A DNA stretch of 64,000 nt, taken from an uncultured Acidimicrobiales bacterium (GTDB lineage: Bacteria > Actinomycetota > Acidimicrobiia > Acidimicrobiales > SZUA-35). Positions within the stretch are counted from its first letter, which is position 1. Each line of letters begins with the position of its first letter. The notes under the pieces were generated by a model. The model had not been told where the DNA came from. It did no database searches and saw only the letters and a program-made list of their open reading frames with translations. A program made the position numbers and the translations under genes. Of the stretch, positions 61,436 through 64,000 are shown in pieces. The stretch covers positions 121,855 to 185,854 of the forward strand of contig CALAJQ010000018.1 of the NCBI GenBank assembly GCA_937922785.1, in the 5' to 3' direction.

Positions 61436-62346
61436 GAGTTAGCGAGAGCGAAGTCGAGCCCGGCGCGCAGCGTCGCAACTTGAGCAGCGATGCAGATTTC
61501 GGGTGTGGCATTGGGGCTGTCGGGGTACACCTCAGTGGTTGTGGTGAACCGTGCCGAGGTAACGCCTGCACAAAGTCCTAGTTCTGTAAACGGGTATTCG
61601 ATAACGCCGTGTTGGGTTACGTCCGAACCAATGATTTGGCCGGCGTCATCGGCGGGGGCGATGTGGGTGACCTGTTCGACTCCAGCGATTATTGCGGCTT
61701 GGAATTCGGGCTGCGGGTTCTCCGTGTCGCCAACTGTGTAGAAACCGTCAGGAATCAAGCCTGGGTCAGAAGCCAACCCGTCGCGGGCGGCTAGTGCAGG
61801 ACGGAACTCCGATTCGTCGCTGTCTGTTGTCTCGTGAAGGTCAACGTGCATAAGGAAATCAACCCCGACTTCCCCAAGCAGGTTCATAACTGCAGCAGCT
61901 TCTTCAGACGGGCTGTTAGCCACGAACGATCGGTTGGGGTCATGGCAGTTCGGGTTCCAGCGGTTAATTACTTCATAACCCCAAGGACTGACACACGGCA
62001 GCACCAGCATGTTCACGCGGTCGCGATAGGCCAAGGCATCGTTGGCCAGGAACCCAAGAGCACCTTGAACTCCGCTGGTTTCATAACCATGCACGCCTCC
62101 GGTGACCAGGACCCACGGTGCTTCATCGTTGGCGGACTCGATCTTGACAGCCTTCAGCGGGTAGCGCTCGGGGTCAAGGGGCAGCGCCCCGTAAGTGAAA
62201 ACTTCGAAAGAGTCATCAAGAGCTTCGATCTTTGAAAGTACTTCGTCGTTGTAGCTGCGCTGCACAGTTTGAGCGTCGAACCACTCTTGCTTGTTCGCGG
62301 CATCCCAAGGCTCACCGGGAGTCCCAATCGGGTAGAAACGATCCAT
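61432..62346 (-). CDS. M14 family metallocarboxypeptidase
   Basis: GGVHGYE, PCVSPWGY, DPNRSF, DLHET, TTTEVYPD. Confidence 0.92.
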   Translation of the reverse strand: MDRFYPIGTPGEPWDAANKQEWFDAQTVQRSYNDEVLSKIEALDDSFEVFTYGALPLDPERYPLKAVKIESANDEAPWVLVTGGVHGYETSGVQGALGFLANDALAYRDRVNMLVLPCVSPWGYEVINRWNPNCHDPNRSFVANSPSEEAAAVMNLLGEVGVDFLMHVDLHETTDSDESEFRPALAARDGLASDPGLIPDGFYTVGDTENPQPEFQAAIIAGVEQVTHIAPADDAGQIIGSDVTQHGVIEYPFTELGLCAGVTSARFTTTTEVYPDSPNATPEICIAAQVATLRAGLDFALANS

Positions 62347-62395
62347 TTCTTTGGCCTCCTATGGGCTGGCGAACTTTGCCGAGACTACTCGATTC

Positions 62396-64000
62396 TCAAC
62401 CGGCGCTGACACTGGCACCGGCAAGGTGCACGCCGGCTTCCACAAGCCGCTCTGAAAGCTGAAGCATCCCTCTTGATTCTGCCTTTGCCGCTAGGAGGGC
62501 AGCGTCTGCTTCGAGGATCAACACCGAGAACTCGTTTGATTGTTCGTCGCTGATTGCCAGGCCGCCGCTTACGCCAAGGCCCGTGTCTGGGAACTCAGCT
62601 TCGAGGCGAAGCCGCAACCCGTTGATAATTCGGGTGGCACTAGCGACACCTTCGTCTAGTCCACTGACCGGCAGCGTCACCACAAACTCATCTCCGCCAA
62701 GCCGGCCCACCAGGTCACAGTCTCTGGTTAGTTCAGTGAGGGTGTCGGCCAGGGCGACAAGTGCGCGGTCGCCGCGGTGGTGGCCGAACTTGTCATTCAA
62801 GGTCTTGAAGCCATCAAGGTCAAGCACGACAACCGCGAGGCGGTCATGGCCCCGCAGATCGGCTAGCTGTTGCTTGCCTCGGCGAGCGATCTCACGCCGG
62901 TTGGCAAGCGCCGTTAGTGGGTCGCTCGAAGCGGCTTGCTCAAGATTCTTGATTGGCTTGCTGACCCACCAAAGGATGGCTAGCGCCGCAAGTACAAACA
63001 AAGCGCCGCCCAGTGTGATGAACCAAGTCATGCGTTGTTGTCCGGCGACGATTGCGGTGAACTCGGCTTCGGACGCTCGGACGACGACGTCCCAGTTGGG
63101 GCCTTGATCGGCAGGAATGGCCTTACGCAAAACTAAGTCGTCACCATTGTCACCAGGCATTCGACTCAACGACGCACCGCCGTCGGGCTGAGCGTCCGGC
63201 ACACCCAACTCTGCGGTGGACAGCAGTCGCAAGGTGTTGTCGGCTTCCACAGAGATCTGCTGTTCGTACCGAGATGGGGCGGCGACCACCGTTTCGCCAG
63301 AGACAACAAAGGCCTCCCCGGTCTCGGTGCTTGAGATCTCGTCGAGGAAGTCAGCTAGACCGCTGAGTTCAACGTCAACGCCAACAACAGCCACTACTTC
63401 GCCATCAACTCGAACCGCATGACTTGCCGTGACACCTGGTTGTTGGGAAGAGAAGAACACATAGGGATCGGTCCAAGCCATGGCATCGCTCTCGAGCGCT
63501 AGCTGGTACCAGGGCCGAATCGTCGGATCGTACGCGTCCTCAACAAGAGTCTCTGTAGAAGTGAGCTCAAAGGACTCACTGAAGTGCTCGACTGTCACGG
63601 TTCGCTGATCACCAACGGCAATGCGTTTGGTCCTGAACCCTTCACCTTCGGTGGCCACAAAAACAAACGAACCGTCTGGGTAGCCGACAAAGGCACCTGT
63701 CATTTGGGGCATCACAGTGAGCTGTGTGTACAGATATCGCTCTAGCCCTGGGTTCGATGTTTCGACTAGGCCCGAAGCCAGTAGGCGGGCTGTTACCTCG
63801 ACCGACTGTTCGGCCGGGTCAAGGTGCCTGAGGATGGACTCAACCGTTGTGTCGCCATCGCGTGCGATGGCGTCTTCAGCCACGGCGATTGAGCTCTGGC
63901 GGGCCGCGAATCCACTGACCGCGACTGCGATCATTTGGATCAGGACGATCAAAGCTAAGGCTACGACGACGTACTTGTTCCTCTGAGAGCGTGGGAGGGA
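62396..64000 (-). CDS. Cache-sensor diguanylate cyclase, frame open to the window edge
   Basis: YDPTIRPWY/WTDPY dCache motifs, TM helices, DPLT.LANRR, DLDGFK..ND..GH..GD, RLGGDEF. Confidence 0.92.
   Translation of the reverse strand, partial: SLPRSQRNKYVVVALALIVLIQMIAVAVSGFAARQSSIAVAEDAIARDGDTTVESILRHLDPAEQSVEVTARLLASGLVETSNPGLERYLYTQLTVMPQMTGAFVGYPDGSFVFVATEGEGFRTKRIAVGDQRTVTVEHFSESFELTSTETLVEDAYDPTIRPWYQLALESDAMAWTDPYVFFSSQQPGVTASHAVRVDGEVVAVVGVDVELSGLADFLDEISSTETGEAFVVSGETVVAAPSRYEQQISVEADNTLRLLSTAELGVPDAQPDGGASLSRMPGDNGDDLVLRKAIPADQGPNWDVVVRASEAEFTAIVAGQQRMTWFITLGGALFVLAALAILWWVSKPIKNLEQAASSDPLTALANRREIARRGKQQLADLRGHDRLAVVVLDLDGFKTLNDKFGHHRGDRALVALADTLTELTRDCDLVGRLGGDEFVVTLPVSGLDEGVASATRIINGLRLRLEAEFPDTGLGVSGGLAISDEQSNEFSVLILEADAALLAAKAESRGMLQLSERLVEAGVHLAGASVSAG

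Overview
High-GC, actinobacterial-type (Acidimicrobiia-like, inferred from gene content) chromosome segment. Housekeeping flanks: peroxiredoxin, aldo/keto reductase, trkAH, SDR, IMPase, PhzF and a DUF222-HNH gene on the left; a 2OG-Fe(II) oxygenase, an M14 peptidase and a GGDEF protein on the right. Between them a ~50.9 kb integrative element (about 9264-60128) sits at the 3' end of tRNA-Val(TAC). Its core module is a large serine recombinase, ImmA peptidase, XRE repressor, ArdA, DNA methyltransferase, replication-relaxation protein and a VirD4-like ATPase, with a twice-repeated palindromic operator. Its cargo is conflict-related: two Rhs toxin loci with orphan modules, an XRE-IrrE/DUF4411 pair, DUF5131/TcmP, a papain-like peptidase, and an AvcD-like dCTP deaminase coupled to an adenosylhomocysteinase-like enzyme. 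Main finding: the predicted crossover lies inside the integrase gene. In the integrated state the integrase ends in a 13-aa tail read antisense from the tRNA; on excision at a shared CCAC core it would fuse in frame to a double-HTH ORF 50 kb away, giving a recombination-switched integrase. Family assignments come from motif recognition only; no database searches were run.
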